From Smithellaceae bacterium (GTDB taxonomy: Bacteria > Desulfobacterota > Syntrophia > Syntrophales > Smithellaceae), in NCBI GenBank assembly GCA_963667845.2, contig CAXXVL010000002.1:2720001-2784000 (forward strand): 64,000 bases of DNA. Direction: 5' to 3'. A program made the translations under genes and the position numbers. The notes under the pieces were generated by a model that searched no databases, was not told the origin of the DNA, and saw only the letters and a program-made list of their open reading frames with translations. Position 1 is the stretch's first letter. Each line of letters starts with the position of its first letter. Below are positions 49,093-58,520 of this stretch, one piece after another.

Positions 49093-49582
49093 GATTCTTT
49101 TTTCCCAAAGCGACGTTCAACCGGGATAATTCGGCAAACAGTAATTCTTCCATCACGGGAAACTTGTCCCGCATGGATTCGGTCATTTCCAGATTCATTG
49201 CGCCGTAGTCCTGCGGTACAATACACAAAAAAACTATTTCGGGCAATTCATCCATCAGTTCCACTTTAAACAGGACGTCAAAAAATGTGACCTCGTGAGC
49301 CGTTGTCGGAGGCGGCATGTGCGCCTGCATTTCGTTCGTATCGAACCGGTAGATGGAGCCGGGTGTGTCCTTCGCCTTCAAGACATCGATCACAATCAGA
49401 TGGTCGCAACTGCAAATAATGTCGATCAGTGCGTAGCCCAATGTGCCGCCGTCAATGATGCGGACCTGGGCGTCAGGCTGATAGCGGTCGGTAAGCCATC
49501 TAACAAAATGAACGCCGAAGCCTTCATCCGCAAGCAGAATATTCCCCACTCCTAAAATCGTTACACAATTTCTGTCCGGCAT
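49085..49582 (-). CDS. Hydrogenase maturation protease (HyaD/HybD family)
   Basis: LGVGNILLADEGFG, DGGT and TAHE. Confidence 0.92.
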   Translation of the reverse strand: MPDRNCVTILGVGNILLADEGFGVHFVRWLTDRYQPDAQVRIIDGGTLGYALIDIICSCDHLIVIDVLKAKDTPGSIYRFDTNEMQAHMPPPTTAHEVTFFDVLFKVELMDELPEIVFLCIVPQDYGAMNLEMTESMRDKFPVMEELLFAELSRLNVALGKKNRA

Positions 49583-49638
49583 TTATTCTCTTCATTCATT
49601 TTTGTGCAGGGGGCAACTTACTATATATCGTCATTTTC

Positions 49639-49672
49639 AAAAAAAGGGGAGAAGGACTCCTTCTCCCCCTTT
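49639..49672 (-). terminator. Intrinsic terminator between the cytochrome b and protease genes
   Basis: GGGGAGAAGG-act-CCTTCTCCCC with a T7 tract on the minus strand. Confidence 0.75.
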
Positions 49673-49704
49673 CGGTGATCAGTCATTCGGAGACAAGTTC
49701 CCCG

Positions 49705-50373
49705 CTACTCTTTCTCTCTTTCGAACAAATGCCCGCTGACCATGGATGAAATGGTGCCCTGCTTCAGCACGGCATCATGCCAGAAGGCCATGTAAATATG
49801 CACCACGGTGAACAGGATGAAGAGCCAGGTGAAAACGTGGTGGATATATCGAACTACGGCCAGGCCGCCCATGAGATTTTCCAGCGGCCGTAAAACCGTG
49901 TAGGCGATGGCAGTCAGCCCGGCATGATAATTTGCACCCATCAGAATCAGGCCAGTCACCACGATGACCAGGACCATCAGTATCAGAGCCAGGTAAGCCA
50001 GGGATTGCAGCGGTCCGTAGAGGCAGGTATGCACCGGCGGCTCCTTTTTGATCAGGAGATAGAACTTGATTTGATCGACGGTGGTTTTGATATCCGTCCA
50101 GGCGAAGAAATCCTTCCAGTCGGCATAGAAACGGGAAAAGAAGGCCAGGTAAACCCTCCAAAGGAAGAGAAACACGAGAAATATACCGCAGAGGTCGTGG
50201 ACGAATCGCACATTGCCCATGAAGAATTTATCGACCGTTTCTCCCTTGATGATGGTAAAGGGTTCAGCGATATAGAATCCGGTAGCAATTAAGACCACGA
50301 TCACCAAAGCCATGGCCCAGTGGTTAATTCGAATGGATGCGGACCACTCTGTTTTACAGACAATATTTTCCAC
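49705..50373 (-). CDS. [NiFe]-hydrogenase cytochrome b subunit
   Basis: RINHW, RFVH, RYIHH and VHIYM heme ligands; GTG start after AAGGAGG. Confidence 0.92.
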   Translation of the reverse strand: MENIVCKTEWSASIRINHWAMALVIVVLIATGFYIAEPFTIIKGETVDKFFMGNVRFVHDLCGIFLVFLFLWRVYLAFFSRFYADWKDFFAWTDIKTTVDQIKFYLLIKKEPPVHTCLYGPLQSLAYLALILMVLVIVVTGLILMGANYHAGLTAIAYTVLRPLENLMGGLAVVRYIHHVFTWLFILFTVVHIYMAFWHDAVLKQGTISSMVSGHLFEREKE

Positions 50374-50389
50374 TGTAACCTCCTTACGC

Positions 50390-52066
50390 TTACGCCACTT
50401 TATATTGTTTGATCTCATTCGTTTGCGGATTGATGATGTGCACGGCACAGGCCATACAAGGGTCGAACGAATGAATGGTCCGGATGATTTCCAGCGGCTG
50501 ATCAACCTTGGCCAGTTTCGTACCGATCAGGGACTCCTCATAGGGCCCCCGTAAACCGGCTTTATCACGCGGTGAGCAGTTCCAGGTGGAGGGGACCACG
50601 GCCTGATAATTAGCAATCACGCCGTTTTCAATTTTGATCCAGTGTCCCAGCGCACCGCGCGGCGGCTCAGTCATACCGCGGCCCTGAGCAGGCTTCTTGG
50701 GAACATCGCAGCGAGTCCACGTGCGGGTGTCGCCCTTCTTGATGTTGCCGATCAGTTCATTGACCCACTCTTCCATATGATCCGCGATGTATTTGGTTTC
50801 CAGAGCGCGGGCGGCGGTTCTGCCCAGCGTGGAGAACAAGACGGCGGCGGGGAGTCCCGTGGCTTTCAACGTGGAATCCACCAGTCCCTTAATCTCCTGG
50901 TGGCCTTGAGCGTAGCCCACGACCATGCGGGCAAGCGGTCCGACTTCATGCGGCAGGTTTTCGTAGCGCGGCGCCTTGCACCAGGAATATTTCTCATCGT
51001 CCTTCAGATTGCCGTTTTTATCATATCCCGTATATTCGGGATCGGTCGTTCCTTTGAACGGATGCTGAGGTTCTTTTGCCTGATACCAGGCATGGGTGGC
51101 TTCTTCCGTTATCTTTTCCTCATCGAGTTTCAGCGGCTTGCCCAGGTCTCTGTTCCGGACAACACCTCGCGGGAAAAGTGTTTTGTTCCAATCATCATCC
51201 AGCGGGAAACCGCCATAGGAGAGGTAATTCTTCACGCCGCCGCCGATGCCTTGTAAGCCTTCATCTTTGTAGTAGGTTGCGGCGAGGAGGACATCGGGCA
51301 GATAGGCGGTTTCGAGGAAATTCTTCATTTCTTTAAACCGGAATAAAAACTGTCCCAGGCGTTCGGCGTCGAATAAATCCATGCCGGAGGTGATGCCGCC
51401 GACGACCAGTGTCTGCGGATGGGGATTCTTTCCGCCGAGAATGGCCATCATCTGTGCGCCGATCTTAGAGATACCCAGCGCGTCGAGATAATGCGAAAGG
51501 ATAATCAAATTGGCTTCCGGCGGAAGCTTGTAGGAGGGATTCCCCCAGTAAGCATTGGCAAAGGGGCCCAGACGGCCCGACTTTACAAATTTCGTTATCC
51601 TTTCCTGAACGGCTTTATAGTGAGTGGCCGAGCAGTTATAGGGATTGGGGCTGTATGCTTTGGCCATGTCGACGGCTTTTTCGGGTTTGGCTGAAAGCGC
51701 GCTCACCACATCCACCCAGTCCAGGCCATGGAGATGATAAAAATGCATGATGTGATCGATCAGGTATTGGGATGCGCCGATCAGATTACGGCCGATCCGG
51801 GCATTGGGCGGTGGTTTTACGCCAAAAGCATCTTCGCAGGCCAGAATGCTGGCTTCGTAATGCACATACGTGCAAACTCCGCAGAAGCGTTGGGTCATCA
51901 ATCCGGCATCGCGCGGATCGCGTCCCTTCAGAATGGTTTCAATGCCGCGCCACAGCGTAATGCTGCTCCAGGCATCCCTGATGATGTTTTTTTCATCGAC
52001 TTCCACTTCAATTCTCAAATGTCCTTCAATCCTGGTGATCGGATCGACAATGATTCGTTTAGTCAT
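50390..52066 (-). CDS. Group 1 [NiFe]-hydrogenase large subunit
   Basis: DPITRIEGH, L1 QRFCGVC and L2 SFDPCMACAVH with a cleavable tail. Confidence 0.96.
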   Translation of the reverse strand: MTKRIIVDPITRIEGHLRIEVEVDEKNIIRDAWSSITLWRGIETILKGRDPRDAGLMTQRFCGVCTYVHYEASILACEDAFGVKPPPNARIGRNLIGASQYLIDHIMHFYHLHGLDWVDVVSALSAKPEKAVDMAKAYSPNPYNCSATHYKAVQERITKFVKSGRLGPFANAYWGNPSYKLPPEANLIILSHYLDALGISKIGAQMMAILGGKNPHPQTLVVGGITSGMDLFDAERLGQFLFRFKEMKNFLETAYLPDVLLAATYYKDEGLQGIGGGVKNYLSYGGFPLDDDWNKTLFPRGVVRNRDLGKPLKLDEEKITEEATHAWYQAKEPQHPFKGTTDPEYTGYDKNGNLKDDEKYSWCKAPRYENLPHEVGPLARMVVGYAQGHQEIKGLVDSTLKATGLPAAVLFSTLGRTAARALETKYIADHMEEWVNELIGNIKKGDTRTWTRCDVPKKPAQGRGMTEPPRGALGHWIKIENGVIANYQAVVPSTWNCSPRDKAGLRGPYEESLIGTKLAKVDQPLEIIRTIHSFDPCMACAVHIINPQTNEIKQYKVA

Positions 52067-53264
52067 GTTTTTCCTCCTCGGTCTTTATCCGGTCATCTTT
52101 TCTGTGTCGAATAGCGGTGGCCACGGCGTGCGCGGCGATGCCCGCTGCGGCAATACCGGTGAGCGCGATGCCGATATTATCGACGGTATTATCCCCACCG
52201 CCGTAAGTTTTTTCCGGCAGCGGTTTCTCGAGCGGCGCCATAGTGTCCCAGAATGCGGGTTCCGTGCAGCCGATGCAGCCGTGACCGGACATGATCGGCC
52301 AGGAGATGCTGTCGTTGAAACGGACTTTGCCGCAATTGGCGTATGTGTAAGGACCCTTGCATCCGACTTTATAAAGACACCAGCCTTTGAGTGCGCCGGA
52401 ATCGCCCCATTCTTCGACGAATTCGGAGGCATCATAATGCGGCCGTCTTTCACAGGTGTCATGGATGCGTTTCCCGTAAGCCCATACCGGTCTTCCCAGG
52501 GAATCGAGCGGCGGCAGGGAGCCGAACAAGAGGTAGTGTAAAATGGTTCCCGTAAAATTAACCGCGTTGGGGGGGCAGCCGGCGATATTCACAGTTGAAA
52601 TGCCGAGAGCTTTGCTGATGCCGACGGCATCCGTCGGATTGGGATTGGCGGCCTGGATGTTGCCAAAGCAGGCGCAGGCGCCGATACAGACAACGGCGGC
52701 TGCTTTGGAGGTGACTTCTTTGGCCATCTCAATGCCGGTCTTTCCCCTGGGCCCCAGCCGCAAATACTGGCCGTTGAGTCCGCGGGGCAGGGCGCCCTCA
52801 ATGACACAGATAAATTTGCCCGCGAAATCCTTCACGGCTTTCTCCAGACATTGCTCTGCCTGGTAACCGGAAGCGGCCATAAGAGTTTCATGATATTCGA
52901 GAGAGATGGTTTCGAGAAGAATGTCATCGACATTCGGATAGGAGGAGCGCAGGAATGCCTCCGAGCAACCGGTGCATTCGGCAAAATGCAGCCAGACGAC
53001 CGGCAGGCGGCTGAAGGTTTCCGCGGCTTTGGCGACCATCGGCCGGAAGATCGGAGGAAGCATCAGCGCTGCCGTCATTACCGATGTCCATTTGACAAAA
53101 TCCCTTCGGCTGATCCCTCTTTCCTTCAAGAGCTCGTGCAGATTTTCTTTTGGTTCAGGTAGACTCTTTTCGATCTGATCCATGTGCGTCTGGCAGTGTT
53201 TCATGAGATCTTTATACTGCTTGTCGATCGTCTTTTTGTATTCAAAATGATTTTCCCTTGCCAT
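52059..53264 (-). CDS. Group 1 [NiFe]-hydrogenase small subunit (Tat signal, C-terminal anchor)
   Basis: SRRDFVKW, ECTGCSE, GCPP, HDTCER, CLYKVGCKGP, CIGC and a C-terminal TM helix. Confidence 0.95.
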   Translation of the reverse strand: MARENHFEYKKTIDKQYKDLMKHCQTHMDQIEKSLPEPKENLHELLKERGISRRDFVKWTSVMTAALMLPPIFRPMVAKAAETFSRLPVVWLHFAECTGCSEAFLRSSYPNVDDILLETISLEYHETLMAASGYQAEQCLEKAVKDFAGKFICVIEGALPRGLNGQYLRLGPRGKTGIEMAKEVTSKAAAVVCIGACACFGNIQAANPNPTDAVGISKALGISTVNIAGCPPNAVNFTGTILHYLLFGSLPPLDSLGRPVWAYGKRIHDTCERRPHYDASEFVEEWGDSGALKGWCLYKVGCKGPYTYANCGKVRFNDSISWPIMSGHGCIGCTEPAFWDTMAPLEKPLPEKTYGGGDNTVDNIGIALTGIAAAGIAAHAVATAIRHRKDDRIKTEEEKHD

Positions 53265-53753
53265 ATAACCCCCTTCAAAATTTTGAGGCTGCTTAACCAG
53301 TGAGCAGACCAATTCAAATCGAATATACGATAAATTCACATCGTGTTATGTCTTATATAGCATATGTTAATATTCCCATATACAATTGCATCCGGTCAGT
53401 CAAGCTGAATATAGAAAGAGTGCCGTAATCAGAAGGAACATTTTGATCTCTTTCAAGTACGCAATAATACATTGATATTGCCTGATTTGAAAATCCCAAT
53501 GCTCATTGTAATTTTAAACATTTTATATTGATTAGTGTTTAGACGGTAAAGAAATCAACGGTAATTTATTGTTAGACGATTAGTAGGGAAAACCTGACAT
53601 AACTTATTTAGACTTTTCGATTAATTTCATTCGGCCGTTTTTTTATGACGCTGAATATTTCTAACGAAGAATCATGGTTTCAATGATTTAATCCGCTCGC
53701 GCGAGACGGGCATTAATTCTCCGTACTTTCTGCAAAATAATGACGTTTATTGC

Positions 53754-53786
53754 ATACCTCGACAGCTTGCTGCGAGATTGTTGATT
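53754..53786. repeat. REP-like or IS200/IS605-end-like hairpin
   Basis: ATACCTCGACAGC-tt-GCTGCGAGATTGTTGATT; the family assignment is from recall only. Confidence 0.35.
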
Positions 53787-54000
53787 CCGAGCGATCCGGA
53801 ATGACGAAGATCTGTATCCATTAATCCGCCGATTCACTGGCGTGGCGCCGGATATTGCAGGATTTTACGGAAGGTCCAGCTGCGCATCTACCGAAGAAAC
53901 AGGGGGCACAAAATCCATTGCAAAAAAGATATTGAGGAGCGAAGGGGTAACGTGAGCAGGGTAGAGTCCAATGAATTACTCACTGGTGGCTAAAACCTTT

Positions 54001-55254
54001 TTAATCGGCTTTTTTGCGTTTCATTGCATTGTCGAACGCCGCAAGTGCAGCCGGGAAAGGAGCAAGGCTCCGTCTGATCGCGCCCTGCAGAAAAGAGATA
54101 GCAATCCCGTAGTTTGTCACCGGGACGCCGGCTTCTGCGGCCCTGCGCAAACGGTTCATCATTTCCCGACGATTCAGCATACAGGCGCCGCAATGCAGGA
54201 TCAGTTTATAGTCCTTCAGATCCTGCGGATAGTCACGTCCGCACACTGTATCCATCTGCAGGTCGCCGCCCACATATTGCCTGAGCCAGCGCGGAATTTT
54301 GACCCGTCCGATGTCGTCTTCCAGTGCATGGTGGGTGCAGGCCTCGGCGATCAGGACCCGGTCGCCGGGTTGCAGGTTGTCGATGGCTGCCGCTCCCTGA
54401 GCCATGACGGCCAGGTCCGATTTTTGCCTGGCGAAAAGAATCGAGAAGGTGGTCACCGGAATCTCCGGCGGAACGTCGGCTGTAACTTTGAGGATGGCTT
54501 GGGAATCCGTTATGACAATGGCGGGCGGATTCTTGACATTGGCCAGCGTTGCGGCGAGTTCTCTTTCCTTGACGACAATTGCCGTCGCGTCGTTGTCGAG
54601 AATATCGCGGATGGTCTGCACCTGCGGCAGGATCAGCCGGCCTTTAGGCGCCTGTAAATCAATCGGTACCACGAGGACCGCCCAGCCGCCCGGCGGCAGC
54701 AAGTCGCCCACAAGTGATGGGGTTTGTACAAAATCCGCTGGCGCAACCTCCAGAAGCTGCTCTTTTAAGATTTCCAGGTAATGCTCACGCTGGCCGGGGT
54801 CGCTGCAGGACACGGCGAGAATCAATCCCCTGGCTTGCAGAAAATTCAGATGCTCGGGGGACGGTTTGCGTAAGTCAATTTTGTTGATGACGATCAGGAC
54901 CGGTAGCTTACGGTTCCCCGCTTCCGATAAGACGGCTTCTTCAAAATCCGTCCAGACATCCGCCTCCGTAACGAGGATGACGACGTCAGCACGGTCGAAG
55001 ACCTTGGCCGTCTTTTTCAGACGGGCGCCGGACAGCTCAGAGAGGTCGTCCAGCCCCGCCGTATCCAGGAACAATACAGGCCCCAGCGGCAAAAGCTCCA
55101 TCGCTTTTTCCACGACATCGGTTGTTGTTCCGGCGACAGGCGAGGTGATGGCGATGTCCTGCCCCAGCATTAAATTGAGCAGGCTGGACTTACCGACATT
55201 GGTGCGCCCCATGAGTGCGATGTGCAACCGGTTTCCCTTCGGCGTGTTATTCAT
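54001..55254 (-). CDS. hydF: [FeFe]-hydrogenase maturase GTPase HydF
   Basis: GRTNVGKSS, DTAG, NKID, APKGRLILPQ, CTHH and HCGAC. Confidence 0.96.
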   Translation of the reverse strand: MNNTPKGNRLHIALMGRTNVGKSSLLNLMLGQDIAITSPVAGTTTDVVEKAMELLPLGPVLFLDTAGLDDLSELSGARLKKTAKVFDRADVVILVTEADVWTDFEEAVLSEAGNRKLPVLIVINKIDLRKPSPEHLNFLQARGLILAVSCSDPGQREHYLEILKEQLLEVAPADFVQTPSLVGDLLPPGGWAVLVVPIDLQAPKGRLILPQVQTIRDILDNDATAIVVKERELAATLANVKNPPAIVITDSQAILKVTADVPPEIPVTTFSILFARQKSDLAVMAQGAAAIDNLQPGDRVLIAEACTHHALEDDIGRVKIPRWLRQYVGGDLQMDTVCGRDYPQDLKDYKLILHCGACMLNRREMMNRLRRAAEAGVPVTNYGIAISFLQGAIRRSLAPFPAALAAFDNAMKRKKAD

Positions 55255-56636
55255 TATTTTTCATCCTTGTAGCCCAGAGCCGTTAACCGATAGGGAGCAA
55301 ATATTTTATCGATCAAGTCCTTCCCTAACTGTTTTTCGAGAAAATGCCTCATGTCTTTTTCAGCGCCCGAAGAAAATTCCGTGATGAGCCGTGTGGCTTC
55401 TTCATAGCCGATGACGGGCAGTAAAGCGGTGATAATCATGGGGCTGGCATTGAAATATTCTAAGCATTTTTCCCGGTTGGCTCTGATGCCCTGCACATGC
55501 GTGCTGAGAAGGTCGTCGATGTTGACGAGCAGATCAAGCGACTCCAGGAGAGCATGTCCCAAAAGCGGCAAAAATTCATTGATTTGCAGAGTGCCCCGGG
55601 CTGCTGCTTCGGTCACAATGCCGTCATTGGCAATAACCTTGATGCCCGTTTGAATGGCCGCCTCGGCGAGAACGGGATTGACTTTGCCGGGCATAATAGA
55701 AGACCCGGCCTGAAGTTCAGGCAGGCGGATTTCGGAAAGCAAGTTCATCAGACGCAGATCATTGGAAATCTTGATCAGATTAACGGCGTGCGCCTTGAGA
55801 ATGGCGGAAACCTCGACAAAGACGTCGGCGTTGGCGGTTTCTCCCAGCATGTTTTCGCCGCGCGCGAGCCCCAGACCCGTGACTTCCCGCAATTTCTCGA
55901 TAGCAAGAAAGATATAGTCTCTGGGTGCGGCAAGCCCCGTGCCCACTGCGGTGCCGCCTAAATTGACGACGCGCAGTCGCTCTTCGCATTTGAAGGTTCG
56001 CCACCGGTCACGGGCGATCGCTTCGGCAAAGGCGGAAAACTCGGCGCCCAGCGTGATCGGCACTGCCTCCTGTAATTCCGTCCGTCCCAGTTTGACGATA
56101 TCGGCAAATTCCTTTTCTTTTTCCTGAAAGGCGCCCTGCAGGCCGGCAACCGCCAAAGCCAGATCCCGGAGGCGGAAGACGGCCGCAACTCTGATTGCAG
56201 TGGGATAAACGTCGTTGGTCGATTGATGCAGATTGACATCTTCGAGCGGATGAATAAGAGAGTAATCGCCCTTTTGGCCGCCGCTAAGTTCAATAGCGCG
56301 GTTGGCGATCACTTCGTTCAGATTCATGTTGGTGGAGGTTCCCGCTCCGCCCTGCAGCGCGTCAACCGGAAACTGATCGGCCAGCCCTCCGTCGGATATT
56401 TCCTGGCAGGCCTGCCCGATGAGCAGCGATTTTTCCTGGGAAAGAAAGCCTGTTTGGGCATTGGCCAGGCAGCAGGCCTTTTTCACCCGGGCCAGCGCCC
56501 GGATGAGCAAGGGGTTCACCTTTTGAGCGCTGATGGGAAAGTTCTGGATGGCGCGCTGGGTGTGGATTCCCCAATGGGCGTCCTTAGGGACCGCCATTTC
56601 GCCTAATAAATCTTTTTCCATTCTTTGTTCGCGCAT
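55254..56636 (-). CDS. aspA: Aspartate ammonia-lyase
   Basis: QGGAGTSTNMN, QSTNDVYPT, GRTELQEA and GSSIMPGKVNP. Confidence 0.88.
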   Translation of the reverse strand: MREQRMEKDLLGEMAVPKDAHWGIHTQRAIQNFPISAQKVNPLLIRALARVKKACCLANAQTGFLSQEKSLLIGQACQEISDGGLADQFPVDALQGGAGTSTNMNLNEVIANRAIELSGGQKGDYSLIHPLEDVNLHQSTNDVYPTAIRVAAVFRLRDLALAVAGLQGAFQEKEKEFADIVKLGRTELQEAVPITLGAEFSAFAEAIARDRWRTFKCEERLRVVNLGGTAVGTGLAAPRDYIFLAIEKLREVTGLGLARGENMLGETANADVFVEVSAILKAHAVNLIKISNDLRLMNLLSEIRLPELQAGSSIMPGKVNPVLAEAAIQTGIKVIANDGIVTEAAARGTLQINEFLPLLGHALLESLDLLVNIDDLLSTHVQGIRANREKCLEYFNASPMIITALLPVIGYEEATRLITEFSSGAEKDMRHFLEKQLGKDLIDKIFAPYRLTALGYKDEK

Positions 56637-56663
56637 GGTCTATTCTAATATAAAGAGAATGAT

Positions 56664-56700
56664 AAAAAAAGAGGTTTGTCCGCAGCGGACAAACCTCTTT
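56664..56700 (-). terminator. Intrinsic terminator after hydA
   Basis: AAAGAGGTTTGTCCGC/GCGGACAAACCTCTTT with a T7 tract. Confidence 0.85.
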
Positions 56701-56728
56701 CCCTGTTACTTAACTTGGGGAAAAGCTT

Positions 56729-58489
56729 CTATTCATCTTTTTTGTGCGGCAACTCCGTGCCTCTTTGCGTGTATTTCGTATGCAGGAGTTCGTGCGACTT
56801 GTGCCCCAGCGGTTCTTTGAGGAATTTGTCGTAGAGCTTCTTCACGGATTCATTTTCATGAGACTGACGCTTTTTCTGCACGTTGCCGTCATCGGCGTAA
56901 AGTGCCGCTGATCGTTTCAAACGAATATCATTGTTGGTGGGAATCGGCTCGCCGCCGCCGGCGATACAGCCGCCCGGGCAGCACATCACTTCGATGAAGG
57001 CATAATTGGCTTTGCCTTCGCGAATGCGGTCCATCAGCTTGCGGGCGTTGCCCAGACCGTGCGCAACAGCAATACTGACGTCTCCCAGAGCGCCGACCTT
57101 CACGGTGGCTTCTTTGACGCCTTCGAGGCCGCGGACAGGGGTAATATCCAGGCTGGGCAGGTTTTCGCCGGTGACCACGGCATAAACGGTACGCAGTGCT
57201 GCTTCCATGACGCCGCCGGTTGCTCCGAAGATGGTGCCGGCTCCCGTGTATTCGCCCATCGGCGCGTCGTAGTCTTCGTCGGGGATATTTTCAAAATCGA
57301 TGCCGCCTTCGTGGATCATACGGCCCAATTCCCGGGTCGTGAGGACATAATCCACGTCGCGATAGCCGCTGCTATTCATTTCGGGCCGCTGCGCTTCAAA
57401 CTTTTTGGCAGTGCAGGGCATGATGGACACCGAGACGATATCTTTCGGATCGATGCCCGCCGTTTGGGCATAGTAGGTTTTGGCCAGAGCGCCGAACATC
57501 TGCTGCGGGGATTTACAGGTGGACAGGTGCGGCAGCAGATCGGGATAGAAGTGTTCGCAGAATTTGATCCAGCCGGGGCTGCACGATGTGATCATCGGCA
57601 GTGTGCCGCCTTCTTTCACACGTTTGAGCAACTCGTTGCCTTCCTCGATGATGGTGAGATCGGCGGTGAAGTTGGTGTCAAAAACCTTGTCGAATCCCAG
57701 CCGGCGCAGAGCGGCAATCATCTTACCGGTAACGAGCGATCCCGGCGGCATGCCGAATTCCTCGCCGAGGGCCGCGCGAATGGCGGGCGCTTCCTGCACG
57801 ATAACGTGCTTCGTCGGATCGTTAAGCGCTTTCCACACGGCATCCACGTCATCTTTTTCGTAAAGCGCTCCCACCGGACAGGCCAGAATGCACTGTCCGC
57901 AGGCGACGCAATTGGATTCAATCAGCGGAAGATTGAAAGCCGGCGTCACCTTGACATCGCTTCCGCGGTGCGCCGGGGTTAGAACGCTAATGGTCTGAAT
58001 CTGTTCGCAAACCGTCACGCAGCGATGACATTCAATGCACTTGCGGCTGTCCCGAACAATGGACGGACTGGAACGGTCGATTAATTTTTCTTTATGGAAT
58101 TCGGAATAGGGGAACCGGACTTCTTTGAGGCCGACAAATTCGGCCACTTTCTGCAATTCACAACTGCCGTTCCGAACGCAGAAATTGCATTCCTGCGGGT
58201 GATTGGCCAGTAGCAGTTCCACAACCATTTTTCTGGCCTCGCGGACTTTTTCGGTATTGGTATGGACGACCATGCCTTCCATGACGGGAAAGACGCAGGC
58301 GGCAATCAGGCTGCGCTGCCCTTCCACTTCCGTCATGCAGACGCGGCACGCGCCGGGTGTATGGTGAATTTCCGGCCAGGCGCAAAGCGTCGGGATTTTA
58401 ATGCCGGCGCTTCGGGCGGCCTCCAGGATGGTTGCGCCTGCCGGCACTTCCACGGGCCGATTATCGATAGTCAATTTAACATTGGACAT
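56729..58489 (-). CDS. hydA: [FeFe]-hydrogenase catalytic subunit (group A3, HndD/HydA-like)
   Basis: N-terminal [2Fe-2S], His-ligated [4Fe-4S] and 2x[4Fe-4S]; H-cluster motifs TSCSPGW, MPCTAKKFE and EVMCCPGGCIAGGGEP. Confidence 0.96.
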   Translation of the reverse strand: MSNVKLTIDNRPVEVPAGATILEAARSAGIKIPTLCAWPEIHHTPGACRVCMTEVEGQRSLIAACVFPVMEGMVVHTNTEKVREARKMVVELLLANHPQECNFCVRNGSCELQKVAEFVGLKEVRFPYSEFHKEKLIDRSSPSIVRDSRKCIECHRCVTVCEQIQTISVLTPAHRGSDVKVTPAFNLPLIESNCVACGQCILACPVGALYEKDDVDAVWKALNDPTKHVIVQEAPAIRAALGEEFGMPPGSLVTGKMIAALRRLGFDKVFDTNFTADLTIIEEGNELLKRVKEGGTLPMITSCSPGWIKFCEHFYPDLLPHLSTCKSPQQMFGALAKTYYAQTAGIDPKDIVSVSIMPCTAKKFEAQRPEMNSSGYRDVDYVLTTRELGRMIHEGGIDFENIPDEDYDAPMGEYTGAGTIFGATGGVMEAALRTVYAVVTGENLPSLDITPVRGLEGVKEATVKVGALGDVSIAVAHGLGNARKLMDRIREGKANYAFIEVMCCPGGCIAGGGEPIPTNNDIRLKRSAALYADDGNVQKKRQSHENESVKKLYDKFLKEPLGHKSHELLHTKYTQRGTELPHKKDE

Positions 58490-58520
58490 GAACTTTTTCT
58501 CCTAAAACGGTACAGATGTA

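Noticed and set aside
50390..52066. [NiFeSe] or O2-tolerant hydrogenase
   Set aside because: L2 is DPCMAC with no UGA, and the small-subunit proximal motif is CTGCS rather than CTCCS.
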